DNA from: Eledone cirrhosa
Taxonomy: Eukaryota
Assembly (NCBI GenBank): GCA_964016885.1
Contig: OZ024741.1
Location: 257,300,001 to 257,364,000 of the forward strand
Length of the DNA: 64,000 nucleotides
Reading direction: 5' to 3'
Made by a program: the position numbers and the translations under genes. The notes under the pieces are model-generated. The model saw only the letters and a list, made by a program, of their open reading frames with translations, did not search any database and was not told the origin of the DNA. Shown in pieces: positions 13,227-28,516 of the stretch (position 1 is its first letter; the number at the start of each line of letters is the position of its first letter).

Positions 13227-16200
13227 GTTTCGCTTTACGAGTGTTTCGGCGTACGAGTGTTTCGACTTACAAGTGTTTTGACTTACGTGTGTTTCGGCAT
13301 ACGAGTGTTTTGTCTTACGAGTGTTTTGACTTACGGGTGTTTCGGCTTACGAGTGTTTCGACTTACGAGTGTTCTGACTTACGAGTGTTCCAACTTACGA
13401 GCGTTCCGACTTACGAGTGTTTCGGCTTACGAGTGTTCCGACTTACGAGTGTTTCGACTTACGAGTGTTTTGACTTACGGTGTTTCGGCTTACGAGTGTT
13501 TTGACTTACGAGTGTTTTGACTTACGGGTGATTTGACATACGAGTGTTCTGACTTACGAGTGTTCTGACTTACGAGTGTTCTGACTTACGAGTGTTCTGA
13601 CTTACGAGTGGTCTGACTTACGGGTGTTCTTACTTACGAGTGTTCCGACTTACGGGTGTTCTGACTTACGTGTGTTCCGACTTACGAGTGTTTCGGTTAT
13701 GGGTGTTTCGACTTACGAGTGTTTCGACTTACGAATGTTTTGGCTTACGAGTGTTTCGGCTTACGAATGTTTTGGCTTACGAGTGTTTCGGCTTACGGGT
13801 GTTTCGACTTACGAGTGTTTCGACTTACGAGTGTTTTGACTTACGGTGTTTCGGCTTACGATTTATTCGACTTACGAGTGTTTCGACTTACGGGTGTTTC
13901 GACTTACTGGTGTTTCGACTTACGAGTGTTTCGACTTATGAGTGTTTCGACTTACGAGTGTTCTGACTTACGAGTGTTCTGACTTACGAGTGTTCCGACT
14001 TACGAGTGTTTCGGTTTACGAGTGTTTCGACATACGAGTGTTTTGACTTACGGGTGTTTCGACTTACGGGTGTTTCGACTTACGAGTGTTTCGGCTTACG
14101 AGTGTTCCGACTTACGAGTGTTTCGACTTACGAGTGTTTTGACTTACGGTGTTTCGGCTTACGAGTGTTTTGACTTACGAGTGTTTTGACTTACGGGTGA
14201 TTTGACATACGAGTGTTTCGATACGAGTGTTCTGACTTACGAGTGTTCTGACTTACGAGTGTTCTGACTTACGAGTGTTCTGACTTACGAGTGGTCTGAC
14301 TTACGGGTGTTCTTACTTACGAGTGTTCCGACTTACGGGTGTTCTGACTTACGTGTGTTCCGACTTACGAGTGTTTCGGTTATGGGTGTTTCGACTTACG
14401 AGTGTTTCGACTTACGAATGTTTTGGCTTACGAGTGTTTCGGCTTACGAATGTTTTGGCTTACGAGTGTTTCGGCTTACGGGTGTTTCGACTTACGAGTG
14501 TTTCGACTTACGAGTGTTTTGACTTACGGTGTTTTGACATACGAGTGTTTCGATACGAGTGTTCTGACTTACGAGTGTTCTGACTTACGAGTGTTCTGAC
14601 TTACGGGTGTTCTGACTTACGAGTGTTCCGACTTACGAGTGTTTCGGCTTATGAGGGTTTCGACTTACGAGTGCTTCGGCTTACGAGTGTTTCGACTTAC
14701 GAGTGTTTCGGCTTACGAGTGTTTCGACTTACGAATGTTTTGGCTTACGAGTGTTTCGGCTTACGAGTGTTTCGACTTACGAGTGTTTCGACTTATGGTG
14801 TTTCGGCTTACGAGTGTTTCGACATACGAGTGTTTTGACGTACGGGTGTTTCGACCTACGGGTCTTTCGACTTACGAGTGTTTCGACTTACGAGTGTTTC
14901 GGCGTACGAGTGTTTCGACTTACGAGTGTTTCGACTTACGAGTGTTTCGACTTACGAGTGTTTCGACTTACGAGTGTTTTGAATTACGAGTGTTTTGACT
15001 TACGGTGTTTCTGCTTACGAGTGTTTCGACTTACGAGTGTTATGACTTACGGGTGTTTTGACATACGAGTGTTTTCGATACGAGTGTTTCGACTTACGAG
15101 TGTTTTGACTTACGAGTGTTTCGAGTTACGAGTGTTTCGACTTACGAATGTTTTTACTTACGAATGTTCTGACTTACGGGTGTTTCGGCTTACGAGTGTT
15201 TCGACTTACGAGTGTTTTAAATTACGGGTGTTTCTACTTACGCGTGTTTCGACTTGCAAGTGTTTCGACTTACGAGTGTTTCGACTACGAATGTTCCGAC
15301 TTACGAGTGTTTCGACTTATGAGTGTTTCGACTTACGAGTGTTCTGACTTACGGGTGTTCCGACTTACGAGTGTTTCGGCTTACGATTGTTTTGACTTAC
15401 GATTGTATTGGCTTACGAATGTTTCGACTTACTTCGACTTACGAGTGATCTGACTTACGAGTGTTCCTACTTACGAGTGTTTCGACTTAGGAGTGTTTCG
15501 ACTTGCGAGTGTTTCGACTTACGAGTGTTTCGGCTTACGAGTGTTTCGGTGTTTCGGCTCACGTGTGTTTCGACTTACGAGTGTTTCGACTTACGAGTGT
15601 TTCGGCTTATGAGTGTTTCGACTTACGAGTGCTTCGGCTTACGAGTGTTTCGACTTACGAGTGTTTCGGCTTACGAGTGTTTCGACGTACGAATGTTTTG
15701 GCTTACGAGTGTTTCGGCTTATGAGTGTTTCGACTTACGAGTGTTTCGACATACGAGTGTTTCGCCTTACGAGTGTTTCGACTTACGAGTGTTTCGGCTT
15801 ACGAGTGTTTCAGTGTTTCGGCTTACGTGTTTTTTGACTTACGAGTGTTTCGACTTACGAGTGTTTCGGCTTACGAGTGTTTCGACTTACGATTGTTTGG
15901 GCTTAGGAATGTTTCGACTTACGAGTGTTTCGACTTACGAGTGTTTTGACTTACGGTGTTTCGGCTTACGAGTGTTTTGACTTACGAGTGTTTTGACTTA
16001 CGCGTGTTTTGACATACGAGTGTTTCGATACGAGTGTTCTGACTTACGAGTGTTCTGACTTACGAGTGTTCTGACTTACGAGTGTTCTGACTTACGAGTG
16101 GTCTGACTTACGGGTGTTCTGACTTACGAGTGTTCCGACTTACGAGTGTTTCAGCTTATGAGTGTTTCGACTTACGAGTGCTTCGGTTTGCGAGTGTTTC

Positions 16201-16810
16201 GACTTACGAGTGTTTCGGCTTACGAGTGTTTCGACTTATGAGTGTTTCGACTTACGAGTGTTTTGACTTATGGTGTTTCGGCTTACGAGTGTTTCGACAT
16301 ACGAGTGTTTTGACTTACGCGGGTTTCGACTTACGGGTGTTTCGACGTAAGAGTGTTTCGACTTACGAGCGCTTCGACTTACGAGTGTTTCGACTTACGA
16401 GTGTTTCGGCGTACGAGTGTTTTGACTTACGAGTGCTTTGACTTACGAATGTTTTGAATTACTTCGACTTACGAGTGATCTGACTTACGAGTGTTCCTAC
16501 TTACGAGTGTTTCGACTTACGAGTGTTCTGACTTACGAGTGTTCTGACTTACGAGTGTTCTGACTTACGAGTGTTCCGACTTACGAGTGTTTCGACTTAC
16601 GAGTGTTTTGACTTACGAATGTTCTGACTTACGAGTGGTTCGCCTTACGAGTGTTTCGACTTACGAGTGTTTTAACTTACGGGTGTTTCGACTTACGCGT
16701 GTTTTGACTTACGAGTGTTTCGATTTACGAGTGTTTCGACTTACGAATGTTCCGACTTACGAGTGTTTCTACTTACGAGTGTTTCGGCTTACGAGTGTTT
16801 CGACTTACGA

Positions 16811-16879
16811 AAATAACAAATAGACGCGGTTTCAAATATCTATGCTTTTCAAATTCATTACATTAATCTTTATTTATAC
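16811..16879. repeat. 69-bp spacer, copy 6
   Basis: Matches copy 2. Confidence 0.97.
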
Positions 16880-18382
16880 GTTTCGCTTTACGAGTGTTTC
16901 GGCGTACGAGTGTTTCGACTTACGAGTGTTTTGACTTACGTGTGTTTCGGCATACGAGTGTTTTGTCTTACGAGTGTTTTGACTTACGGGTGTTTCGGCT
17001 TACGAGTGTTTCGACTTATGAGTGTTCTGACTTACGAGTGTTCCAACTTACGAGCGTTCCGACTTACGAGTGTTTCGGCTTACGAGTGTTCCGACTTACG
17101 AGTGTTTCGACTTACGAGTGTTTTGACTTACGGTGTTTCGGCTTACGAGTGTTTTGACTTACGAGTGTTTTGACTTACGGGTGATTTGACATACGAGTGT
17201 TTCGATACGAGTGTTCTGACTTACGAGTGTTCTGACTTACGAGTGTTCTGACTTACGAGTGTTCTGACTTACGAGTGGTCTGACTTACGGGTGTTCTTAC
17301 TTACGAGTGTTCCGACTTACGGGTGTTCTGACTTACGTGTGTTCCGACTTACGAGTGTTTCGGTTATGGGTGTTTCGACTTACGAGTGTTTCGACTTACG
17401 AATGTTTTGGCTTACGAGTGTTTCGGCTTACGAATGTTTTGGCTTACGAGTGTTTCGGCTTACGGGTGTTTCGACTTACGAGTGTTTCGACTTACGAGTG
17501 TTTTGACTTACGGTGTTTCGGCTTACGATTTATTCGACTTACGAGTGTTTCGACTTACGGGTGTTTCGACTTACTGGTGTTTCGACTTACGAGTGTTTCG
17601 ACTTATGAGTGTTTCGACTTACGAGTGTTCTGACTTACGAGTGTTCTGACTTACGAGTGTTCCGACTTACGAGTGTTTCGGTTTACGAGTGTTTCGACAT
17701 ACGAGTGTTTTGACTTACGGGTGTTTCGACTTACGGGTGTTTCGACTTACGAGTGTTTCGGCTTACGAGTGTTTCGACTTACTAATGTTTTTACTTACGA
17801 GTGTTTCGGTGTACGAGTGTTTCGACTTAAGGATGTTTCGACTTGCGAGTGTTTCGACTTACGTGTGTTTCGGCTTACGTGAGTTTCGACTTAAGAGTGT
17901 TCTGATTTACGAGTGTTCTGACTTGCGGGTGTTCTGATTTACGAGTGTTCCGACTTACGAGTGTTTCGGCTTATGAGTGTTTCGACTTACGAGTGTTTCG
18001 GCTTACGAGTGTTTCGACTGATGGGTGTTTCGACTTACGAGTGTTTTTACTTACGGTGTTTCGGCTTACGAGTGTTTCGACATACGAGTGTTCAGACTTA
18101 CGAGTGTTCCGACTTACGAGCGTTCCGACTTACGAGTGTTTCGACTTACGAGTGTTAAGACTTACGGGTGTTTTGACATACGAGTGTTTCGATACGAGTG
18201 TTTCGACTTACGAGTGTTACGAGTGTTCTGACTTACGAGTGTTCTGACTTACGAGTGTTCTGACTTACGAGTGTTCTGATTTACGAGTGTTCTGACTTAC
18301 GAGCGTTCTGACTTACGAATGTTCCGACTTACGAGTGTTTCTACTTACGAGTGTTTCGGCTTACGAGTGTTTCGACTTACGA

Positions 18383-18451
18383 AAATAACAAATAGACGCG
18401 GTTTCAAATATCTATGCTTTTCAAATTCATTACATTAATCTTTATTTATAC
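18383..18451. repeat. 69-bp spacer, copy 7
   Basis: Matches copy 2. Confidence 0.97.
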
Positions 18452-21286
18452 GTTTCGCTTTACGAGTGTTTCGGCGTACGAGTGTTTCGACTTACGAGTG
18501 TTTTGACTTACGTGTGTTTCGGCATACGAGTGTTTTGTCTTACGAGTGTTTTGACTTACGGGTGTTTCGGCTTACGAGTGTTTCGACTTACGAGTGTTCT
18601 GACTTACGAGTGTTCCAACTTACGAGCGTTCCGACTTACGAGTGTTTCGGCTTACGAGTGTTCCGACGTACGAGTGTTTCGACTTACGAGTGTTTTGACT
18701 TACGGTGTTTCGGCTTACGAGTGTTTTGACTTACGAGTGTTTTGACTTACGGGTGATTTGACATACGAGTGTTTCGATACGAGTGTTCTGACTTACGAGT
18801 GTTCTGACTTACGAGTGTTCTGACTTACGAGTGTTCTGACTTACGAGTGGTCTGACTTACGGGTGTTCTTACTTACGAGTGTTCCGACTTACGGGTGTTC
18901 TGACTTACGTGTGTTCCGACTTACGAGTGTTTCGGTTATGGGTGTTTCGACTTACGAGTGTTTCGACTTACGAATGTTTTGGCTTACGAGTGTTTCGGCT
19001 TACGAATGTTTTGGCTTACGAGTGTTTCGGCTTACGGGTGTTTCGACTTACGAGTGTTTCGACTTACGAGTGTTTTGACTTACGGTGTTTTGACATACGA
19101 GTATTTCGATACGAGTGTTCTGACTTACGAGTGTTCTGACTTACGAGTGTTCTGACTTACGGGTGTTCTGACTTACGAGTGTTCCGACTTACGAGTGTTT
19201 CGGCTTATGAGGGTTTCGACTTACGAGTGCTTCGGCTTACGAGTGTTTCGACTTACGAGTGTTTCGGCTTACGAGTGTTTCGACTTACGAATGTTTTGGC
19301 TTACGAGTGTTTCGGCTTACGAGTGTTTCGACTTACGAGTGTTTCGACTTATGGTGTTTCGGCTTACGAGTGTTTCGACATACGAGTGTTTTGACGTACG
19401 GGTGTTTCGACCTACGGGTCTTTCGACTTACGAGTGTTTCGACTTACGAGTGTTTCGGCGTACGAGTGTTTCGACTTACGAGTGTTTCGACTTACGAGTG
19501 TTTCGACTTACGAGTGTTTCGACTTACGAGTGTTTTGAATTACGAGTGTTTTGACTTACGGTGTTTCTGCTTACGAGTGTTTCGACTTACGAGTGTTATG
19601 ACTTACGGGTGTTTTGACATACGAGTGTTTTCGATACGAGTGTTTCGACTTACGAGTGTTTTGACTTACGAGTGTTTCGAGTTACGAGTGTTTCGACTTA
19701 CGAATGTTTTTACTTACGAATGTTCTGACTTACGGGTGTTTCGGCTTACGAGTGTTTCGACTTACGAGTGTTTTAAATTACGGGTGTTTCTACTTACGCG
19801 TGTTTCGACTTGCAAGTGTTTCGACTTACGAGTGTTTCGACTACGAATGTTCCGACTTACGAGTGTTTCGACTTATGAGTGTTTCTACTTACGAGTGTTC
19901 TGACTTACGGGTGTTCCGACTTACGAGTGTTTCGGCTTACGATTGTTTTGACTTACGATTGTATTGGCTTACGAATGTTTCGACTTACTTCGACTTACGA
20001 GTGATCTGACTTACGAGTGTTCCTACTTACGAGTGTTTCGACTTAGGAGTGTTTCGACTTACGAGTGTTTCGGCTTACGAGTGTTTCGGTGTTTCGGCTC
20101 ACGTGTGTTTCGACTTACGAGTGTTTCGACTTACGAGTGTTTCGGCTTATGAGTGTTTCGACTTACGAGTGCTTCGGCTTACGAGTGTTTCGACTTACGA
20201 GTGTTTCGGCTTACGAGTGTTTCGACGTACGAATGTTTTGGCTTACGAGTGTTTCGGCTTATGAGTGTTTCGACTTACGAGTGTTTCGACATACGAGTGT
20301 TTCGGCTTACGAGTGTTTCGACTTACGAGTGTTTCGGCTTACGAGTGTTTCAGTGTTTCGGCTTACGTGTTTTTTGACTTACGAGTGTTTCGACTTACGA
20401 GTGTTTCGGCTTACGAGTGTTTCGACTTACGATTGTTTGGGCTTAGGAATGTTTCGACTTACGAGTGTTTCGACTTACGAGTGTTTTGACTTACGGTGTT
20501 TCGGCTTACGAGTGTTTTGACTTACGAGTGTTTTGACTTACGCGTGTTTTGACATACGAGTGTTTCGATACGAGTGTTCTGACTTACGAGTGTTCTGACT
20601 TACGAGTGTTCTGACTTACGAGTGTTCTGACTTACGAGTGGTCTGACTTACGGGTGTTCTGACTTACGAGTGTTCCGACTTACGAGTGTTTCAGCTTATG
20701 AGTGTTTCGACTTACGAGTGCTTCGGTTTGCGAGTGTTTCGACTTACGAGTGTTTCGGCTTACGAGTGTTTCGACTTATGAGTGTTTCGACTTACGAGTG
20801 TTTTGACTTATGGTGTTTCGGCTTACGAGTGTTTCGACATACGAGTGTTTTGACTTACGCGGGTTTCGACTTACGGGTGTTTCGACGTAAGAGTGTTTCG
20901 ACTTACGAGCGCTTCGACTTACGAGTGTTTCGACTTACGAGTGTTTCGGCGTACGAGTGTTTTGACTTACGAGTGCTTTGACTTACGAATGTTTTGAAAT
21001 ACTTCGACTTACGAGTGATCTGACTTACGAGTGTTCTGACTTACGAGTGTTCCGACTTACGAGTGTTTCGACTTACGAGTGTTTTGACTTACGAATGTTC
21101 TGACTTACGAGTGGTTCGCCTTACGAGTGTTTCGACTTACGAGTGTTTTAACTTACGGGTGTTTCGACTTACGCGTGTTTCGACTTACGAGTGTTTCGAT
21201 TTACGAGTGTTTCGACTTACGAATGTTCCGACTTACGAGTGTTTCTACTTACGAGTGTTTCGGCTTACGAGTGTTTCGACTTACGA

Positions 21287-21355
21287 AAATAACAAATAGA
21301 CGCGGTTTCAAATATCTATGCTTTTCAAATTCATTACATTAATCTTTATTTATAC
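21287..21355. repeat. 69-bp spacer, copy 8
   Basis: Matches copy 2. Confidence 0.97.
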
Positions 21356-24300
21356 GTTTCGCTTTACGAGTGTTTCGGCGTACGAGTGTTTCGACTTACA
21401 AGTGTTTTGACTTACGTGTGTTTCGGCATACGAGTGTTTTGTCTTACGAGTGTTTTGACTTACGGGTGTTTCGGCTTACGAGTGTTTCGACTTACGAGTG
21501 TTCTGACTTACGAGTGTTCCAACTTACGAGCGTTCCGACTTACGAGTGTTTCGGCTTACGAGTGTTCCGACTTACGAGTGTTTCGACTTACGAGTGTTTT
21601 GACTTACGGTGTTTCGGCTTACGAGTGTTTTGACTTACGAGTGTTTTGACTTACGGGTGATTTGACATACGAGTGTTCTGACTTACGAGTGTTCTGACTT
21701 ACGAGTGTTCTGACTTACGAGTGTTCTGACTTACGAGTGGTCTGACTTACGGGTGTTCTTACTTACGAGTGTTCCGACTTACGGGTGTTCTGACTTACGT
21801 GTGTTCCGACTTACGAGTGTTTCGGTTATGGGTGTTTCGACTTACGAGTGTTTCGACTTACGAATGTTTTGGCTTACGAGTGTTTCGGCTTACGAATGTT
21901 TTGGCTTACGAGTGTTTCGGCTTACGGGTGTTTCGACTTACGAGTGTTTCGACTTACGAGTGTTTTGACTTACGGTGTTTCGGCTTACGATTTATTCGAC
22001 TTACGAGTGTTTCGACTTACGGGTGTTTCGACTTACTGGTGTTTCGACTTACGAGTGTTTCGACTTATGAGTGTTTCGACTTACGAGTGTTCTGACTTAC
22101 GAGTGTTCTGACTTACGAGTGTTCCGACTTACGAGTGTTTCGGTTTACGAGTGTTTCGACATACGAGTGTTTTGACTTACGGGTGTTTCGACTTACGGGT
22201 GTTTCGACTTACGAGTGTTTCGGCTTACGAGTGTTCCGACTTACGAGTGTTTCGACTTACGAGTGTTTTGACTTACGGTGTTTCGGCTTACGAGTGTTTT
22301 GACTTACGAGTGTTTTGACTTACGGGTGATTTGACATACGAGTGTTTCGATACGAGTGTTCTGACTTACGAGTGTTCTGACTTACGAGTGTTCTGACTTA
22401 CGAGTGTTCTGACTTACGAGTGGTCTGACTTACGGGTGTTCTTACTTACGAGTGTTCCGACTTACGGGTGTTCTGACTTACGTGTGTTCCGACTTACGAG
22501 TGTTTCGGTTATGGGTGTTTCGACTTACGAGTGTTTCGACTTACGAATGTTTTGGCTTACGAGTGTTTCGGCTTACGAATGTTTTGGCTTACGAGTGTTT
22601 CGGCTTACGGGTGTTTCGACTTACGAGTGTTTCGACTTACGAGTGTTTTGACTTACGGTGTTTTGACATACGAGTATTTCGATACGAGTGTTCTGACTTA
22701 CGAGTGTTCTGACTTACGAGTGTTCTGACTTACGGGTGTTCTGACTTACGAGTGTTCCGACTTACGAGTGTTTCGGCTTATGAGGGTTTCGACTTACGAG
22801 TGCTTCGGCTTACGAGTGTTTCGACTTACGAGTGTTTCGGCTTACGAGTGTTTCGACTTACGAATGTTTTGGCTTACGAGTGTTTCGGCTTACGAGTGTT
22901 TCGACTTACGAGTGTTTCGACTTATGGTGTTTCGGCTTACGAGTGTTTCGACATACGAGTGTTTTGACGTACGGGTGTTTCGACCTACGGGTCTTTCGAC
23001 TTACGAGTGTTTCGACTTACGAGTGTTTCGGCGTACGAGTGTTTCGACTTACGAGTGTTTCGACTTACGAGTGTTTCGACTTACGAGTGTTTCGACTTAC
23101 GAGTGTTTTGAATTACGAGTGTTTTGACTTACGGTGTTTCTGCTTACGAGTGTTTCGACTTACGAGTGTTATGACTTACGGGTGTTTTGACATACGAGTG
23201 TTTTCGATACGAGTGTTTCGACTTACGAGTGTTTTGACTTACGAGTGTTTCGAGTTACGAGTGTTTCGACTTACGAATGTTTTTACTTACGAATGTTCTG
23301 ACTTACGGGTGTTTCGGCTTACGAGTGTTTCGACTTACGAGTGTTTTAAATTACGGGTGTTTCTACTTACGCGTGTTTCGACTTGCAAGTGTTTCGACTT
23401 ACGAGTGTTTCGACTACGAATGTTCCGACTTACGAGTGTTTCGACTTATGAGTGTTTCTACTTACGAGTGTTCTGACTTACGGGTGTTCCGACTTACGAG
23501 TGTTTCGGCTTACGATTGTTTTGACTTACGATTGTATTGGCTTACGAATGTTTCGACTTACTTCGACTTACGAGTGATCTGACTTACGAGTGTTCCTACT
23601 TACGAGTGTTTCGACTTAGGAGTGTTTCGACTTACGAGTGTTTCGGCTTACGAGTGTTTCGGTGTTTCGGCTCACGTGTGTTTCGACTTACGAGTGTTTC
23701 GACTTACGAGTGTTTCGGCTTATGAGTGTTTCGACTTACGAGTGCTTCGGCTTACGAGTGTTTCGACTTACGAGTGTTTCGGCTTACGAGTGTTTCGACG
23801 TACGAATGTTTTGGCTTACGAGTGTTTCGGCTTATGAGTGTTTCGACTTACGAGTGTTTCGACATACGAGTGTTTCGGCTTACGAGTGTTTCGACTTACG
23901 AGTGTTTCGGCTTACGAGTGTTTCAGTGTTTCGGCTTACGTGTTTTTTGACTTACGAGTGTTTCGACTTACGAGTGTTTCGGCTTACGAGTGTTTCGACT
24001 TACGATTGTTTGGGCTTAGGAATGTTTCGACTTACGAGTGTTTCGACTTACGAGTGTTTTGACTTACGGTGTTTCGGCTTACGAGTGTTTTGACTTACGA
24101 GTGTTTTGACTTACGCGTGTTTTGACATACGAGTGTTTCGATACGAGTGTTCTGACTTACGAGTGTTCTGACTTACGAGTGTTCTGACTTACGAGTGTTC
24201 TGACTTACGAGTGGTCTGACTTACGGGTGTTCTGACTTACGAGTGTTCCGACTTACGAGTGTTTCAGCTTATGAGTGTTTCGACTTACGAGTGCTTCGGT

Positions 24301-24859
24301 TTGCGAGTGTTTCGACTTACGAGTGTTTCGGCTTACGAGTGTTTCGACTTATGAGTGTTTCGACTTACGAGTGTTTTGACTTATGGTGTTTCGGCTTACG
24401 AGTGTTTCGACATACGAGTGTTTTGACTTACGCGGGTTTCGACTTACGGGTGTTTCGACGTAAGAGTGTTTCGACTTACGAGCGCTTCGACTTACGAGTG
24501 TTTCGACTTACGAGTGTTTCGGCGTACGAGTGTTTTGACTTACGAGTGCTTTGACTTACGAATGTTTTGAAATACTTCGACTTACGAGTGATCTGACTTA
24601 CGAGTGTTCTGACTTACGAGTGTTCCGACTTACGAGTGTTTCGACTTACGAGTGTTTTGACTTACGAATGTTCTGACTTACGAGTGGTTCGCCTTACGAG
24701 TGTTTCGACTTACGAGTGTTTTAACTTACGGGTGTTTCGACTTACGCGTGTTTCGACTTACGAGTGTTTCGATTTACGAGTGTTTCGACTTACGAATGTT
24801 CCGACTTACGAGTGTTTCTACTTACGAGTGTTTCGGCTTACGAGTGTTTCGACTTACGA

Positions 24860-24928
24860 AAATAACAAATAGACGCGGTTTCAAATATCTATGCTTTTCA
24901 AATTCATTACATTAATCTTTATTTATAC
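24860..24928. repeat. 69-bp spacer, copy 9
   Basis: Matches copy 2. Confidence 0.97.
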
Positions 24929-27900
24929 GTTTCGCTTTACGAGTGTTTCGGCGTACGAGTGTTTCGACTTACAAGTGTTTTGACTTACGTGTGTTTCGGC
25001 ATACGAGTGTTTTGTCTTACGAGTGTTTTGACTTACGGGTGTTTCGGCTTACGAGTGTTTCGACTTACGAGTGTTCTGACTTACGAGTGTTCCAACTTAC
25101 GAGCGTTCCGACTTACGAGTGTTTCGGCTTACGAGTGTTCCGACTTACGAGTGTTTCGACTTACGAGTGTTTTGACTTACGGTGTTTCGGCTTACGAGTG
25201 TTTTGACTTACGAGTGTTTTGACTTACGGGTGATTTGACATACGAGTGTTCTGACTTACGAGTGTTCTGACTTACGAGTGTTCTGACTTACGAGTGTTCT
25301 GACTTACGAGTGGTCTGACTTACGGGTGTTCTTACTTACGAGTGTTCCGACTTACGGGTGTTCTGACTTACGTGTGTTCCGACTTACGAGTGTTTCGGTT
25401 ATGGGTGTTTCGACTTACGAGTGTTTCGACTTACGAATGTTTTGGCTTACGAGTGTTTCGGCTTACGAATGTTTTGGCTTACGAGTGTTTCGGCTTACGG
25501 GTGTTTCGACTTACGAGTGTTTCGACTTACGAGTGTTTTGACTTACGGTGTTTCGGCTTACGATTTATTCGACTTACGAGTGTTTCGACTTACGGGTGTT
25601 TCGACTTACTGGTGTTTCGACTTACGAGTGTTTCGACTTATGAGTGTTTCGACTTACGAGTGTTCTGACTTACGAGTGTTCTGACTTACGAGTGTTCCGA
25701 CTTACGAGTGTTTCGGTTTACGAGTGTTTCGACATACGAGTGTTTTGACTTACGGGTGTTTCGACTTACGGGTGTTTCGACTTACGAGTGTTTCGGCTTA
25801 CGAGTGTTCCGACTTACGAGTGTTTCGACTTACGAGTGTTTTGACTTACGGTGTTTCGGCTTACGAGTGTTTTGACTTACGAGTGTTTTGACTTACGGGT
25901 GATTTGACATACGAGTGTTTCGATACGAGTGTTCTGACTTACGAGTGTTCTGACTTACGAGTGTTCTGACTTACGAGTGTTCTGACTTACGAGTGGTCTG
26001 ACTTACGGGTGTTCTTACTTACGAGTGTTCCGACTTACGGGTGTTCTGACTTACGTGTGTTCCGACTTACGAGTGTTTCGGTTATGGGTGTTTCGACTTA
26101 CGAGTGTTTCGACTTACGAATGTTTTGGCTTACGAGTGTTTCGGCTTACGAATGTTTTGGCTTACGAGTGTTTCGGCTTACGGGTGTTTCGACTTACGAG
26201 TGTTTCGACTTACGAGTGTTTTGACTTACGGTGTTTTGACATACGAGTGTTTCGATACGAGTGTTCTGACTTACGAGTGTTCTGACTTACGAGTGTTCTG
26301 ACTTACGGGTGTTCTGACTTACGAGTGTTCCGACTTACGAGTGTTTCGGCTTATGAGGGTTTCGACTTACGAATGTTTTGGCTTACGAGTGTTTCGGCTT
26401 ACGAGTGTTTCGACTTACGAGTGTTTCGACTTATGGTGTTTCGGCTTACGAGTGTTTCGACATACGAGTGTTTTGACGTACGGGTGTTTCGACCTACGGG
26501 TCTTTCGACTTACGAGTGTTTCGACTTACGAGTGTTTCGGCGTACGAGTGTTTCGACTTACGAGTGTTTCGACTTACGAGTGTTTCGACTTACGAGTGTT
26601 TCGACTTACGAGTGTTTTGAATTACGAGTGTTTTGACTTACGGTGTTTCTGCTTACGAGTGTTTCGACTTACGAGTGTTATGACTTACGGGTGTTTTGAC
26701 ATACGAGTGTTTTCGATACGAGTGTTTCGACTTACGAGTGTTTTGACTTACGAGTGTTTCGAGTTACGAGTGTTTCGACTTACGAATGTTTTTACTTACG
26801 AATGTTCTGACTTACGGGTGTTTCGGCTTACGAGTGTTTCGACTTACGAGTGTTTTAAATTACGGGTGTTTCTACTTACGCGTGTTTCGACTTGCAAGTG
26901 TTTCGACTTACGAGTGTTTCGACTACGAATGTTCCGACTTACGAGTGTTTCGACTTATGAGTGTTTCGACTTACGAGTGTTCTGCCTTACGGGTGTTCCG
27001 ACTTACGAGTGTTTCGGCTTACGATTGTTTTGACTTACGATTGTATTGGCTTACGAATGTTTCGACTTACTTCGACTTACGAGTGATCTGACTTACGAGT
27101 GTTCCTACTTACGAGTGTTTCGACTTAGGAGTGTTTCAACTTGCGAGTGTTTCGACTTACGAGTGTTTCGGCTTACGTGTGTTTCGGTGTTTCGGCTCAC
27201 GTGTGTTTCGACTTACGAGTGTTTCGACTTACGAGTGTTTCGGCTTATGAGTGTTTCGACTTACGAGTGCTTCGGCTTACGAGTGTTTCGACTTACGAGT
27301 GTTTCGGCTTACGAGTGTTTCGACGTACGAATGTTTTGGCTTACGAGTGTTTCGGCTTATGAGTGTTTCGACTTACGAGTGTTTCGACATACGAGTGTTT
27401 CGGCTTACGAGTGTTTCGACTTACGAGTGTTTCGGCTTACGAGTGTTTCAGTGTTTCGGCTTACGTGTTTTTTGACTTACGAGTGTTTCGACTTACGAGT
27501 GTTTCGGCTTACGAGTGTTTCGACTTACGATTGTTTGGGCTTAGGAATGTTTCGACTTACGAGTGTTTCGACTTACGAGTGTTTTGACTTACGGTGTTTC
27601 GGCTTACGAGTGTTTTGACTTACGAGTGTTTTGACTTACGCGTGTTTTGACATACGAGTGTTTCGATACGAGTGTTCTGACTTACGAGTGTTCTGACTTA
27701 CGAGTGTTCTGACTTACGAGTGTTCTGACTTACGAGTGGTCTGACTTACGGGTGTTCTGACTTACGAGTGTTCCGACTTACGAGTGTTTCAGCTTATGAG
27801 TGTTTCGACTTACGAGTGCTTCGGTTTGCGAGTGTTTCGACTTACGAGTGTTTCGGCTTACGAGTGTTTCGACTTATGAGTGTTTCGACTTACGAGTGTT

Positions 27901-28447
27901 TTGACTTATGGTGTTTCGGCTTACGAGTGTTTCGACATACGAGTGTTTTGACTTACGCGGGTTTCGACTTACGGGTGTTTCGACGTAAGAGTGTTTCGAC
28001 TTACGAGCGCTTCGACTTACGAGTGTTTCGACTGACGAGTGTTTCGGCGTACGAGTGTTTTGACTTACGAGTGTTTGACTTACGAATGTTTTGAATTACT
28101 TCGACTTACGAGTGATCTGACTTACGAGTGTTCCTACTTACGAGTGTTTCGACTTACGAGTGTTCTGACTTACGAGTGTTCTGACTTACGAGTGTTCTGA
28201 CTTACGAGTGTTCCGACTTACGAGTGTTTCGACTTACGAGTGTTTTGACTTACGAATGTTCTGACTTACGAGTGGTTCGCCTTACGAGTGTTTCGACTTA
28301 CGAGTGTTTTAACTTACGGGTGTTTCGACTTACGCGTGTTTCGACTTACGAGTGTTTCGATTTACGAGTGTTTCGACTTACGAATGTTCCGACTTACGAG
28401 TGTTTCTACTTACGAGTGTTTCGGCTTACGAGTGTTTCGACTTACGA

Positions 28448-28516
28448 AAATAACAAATAGACGCGGTTTCAAATATCTATGCTTTTCAAATTCATTACAT
28501 TAATCTTTATTTATAC
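28448..28516. repeat. 69-bp spacer, copy 10
   Basis: Matches copy 2. Confidence 0.97.
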
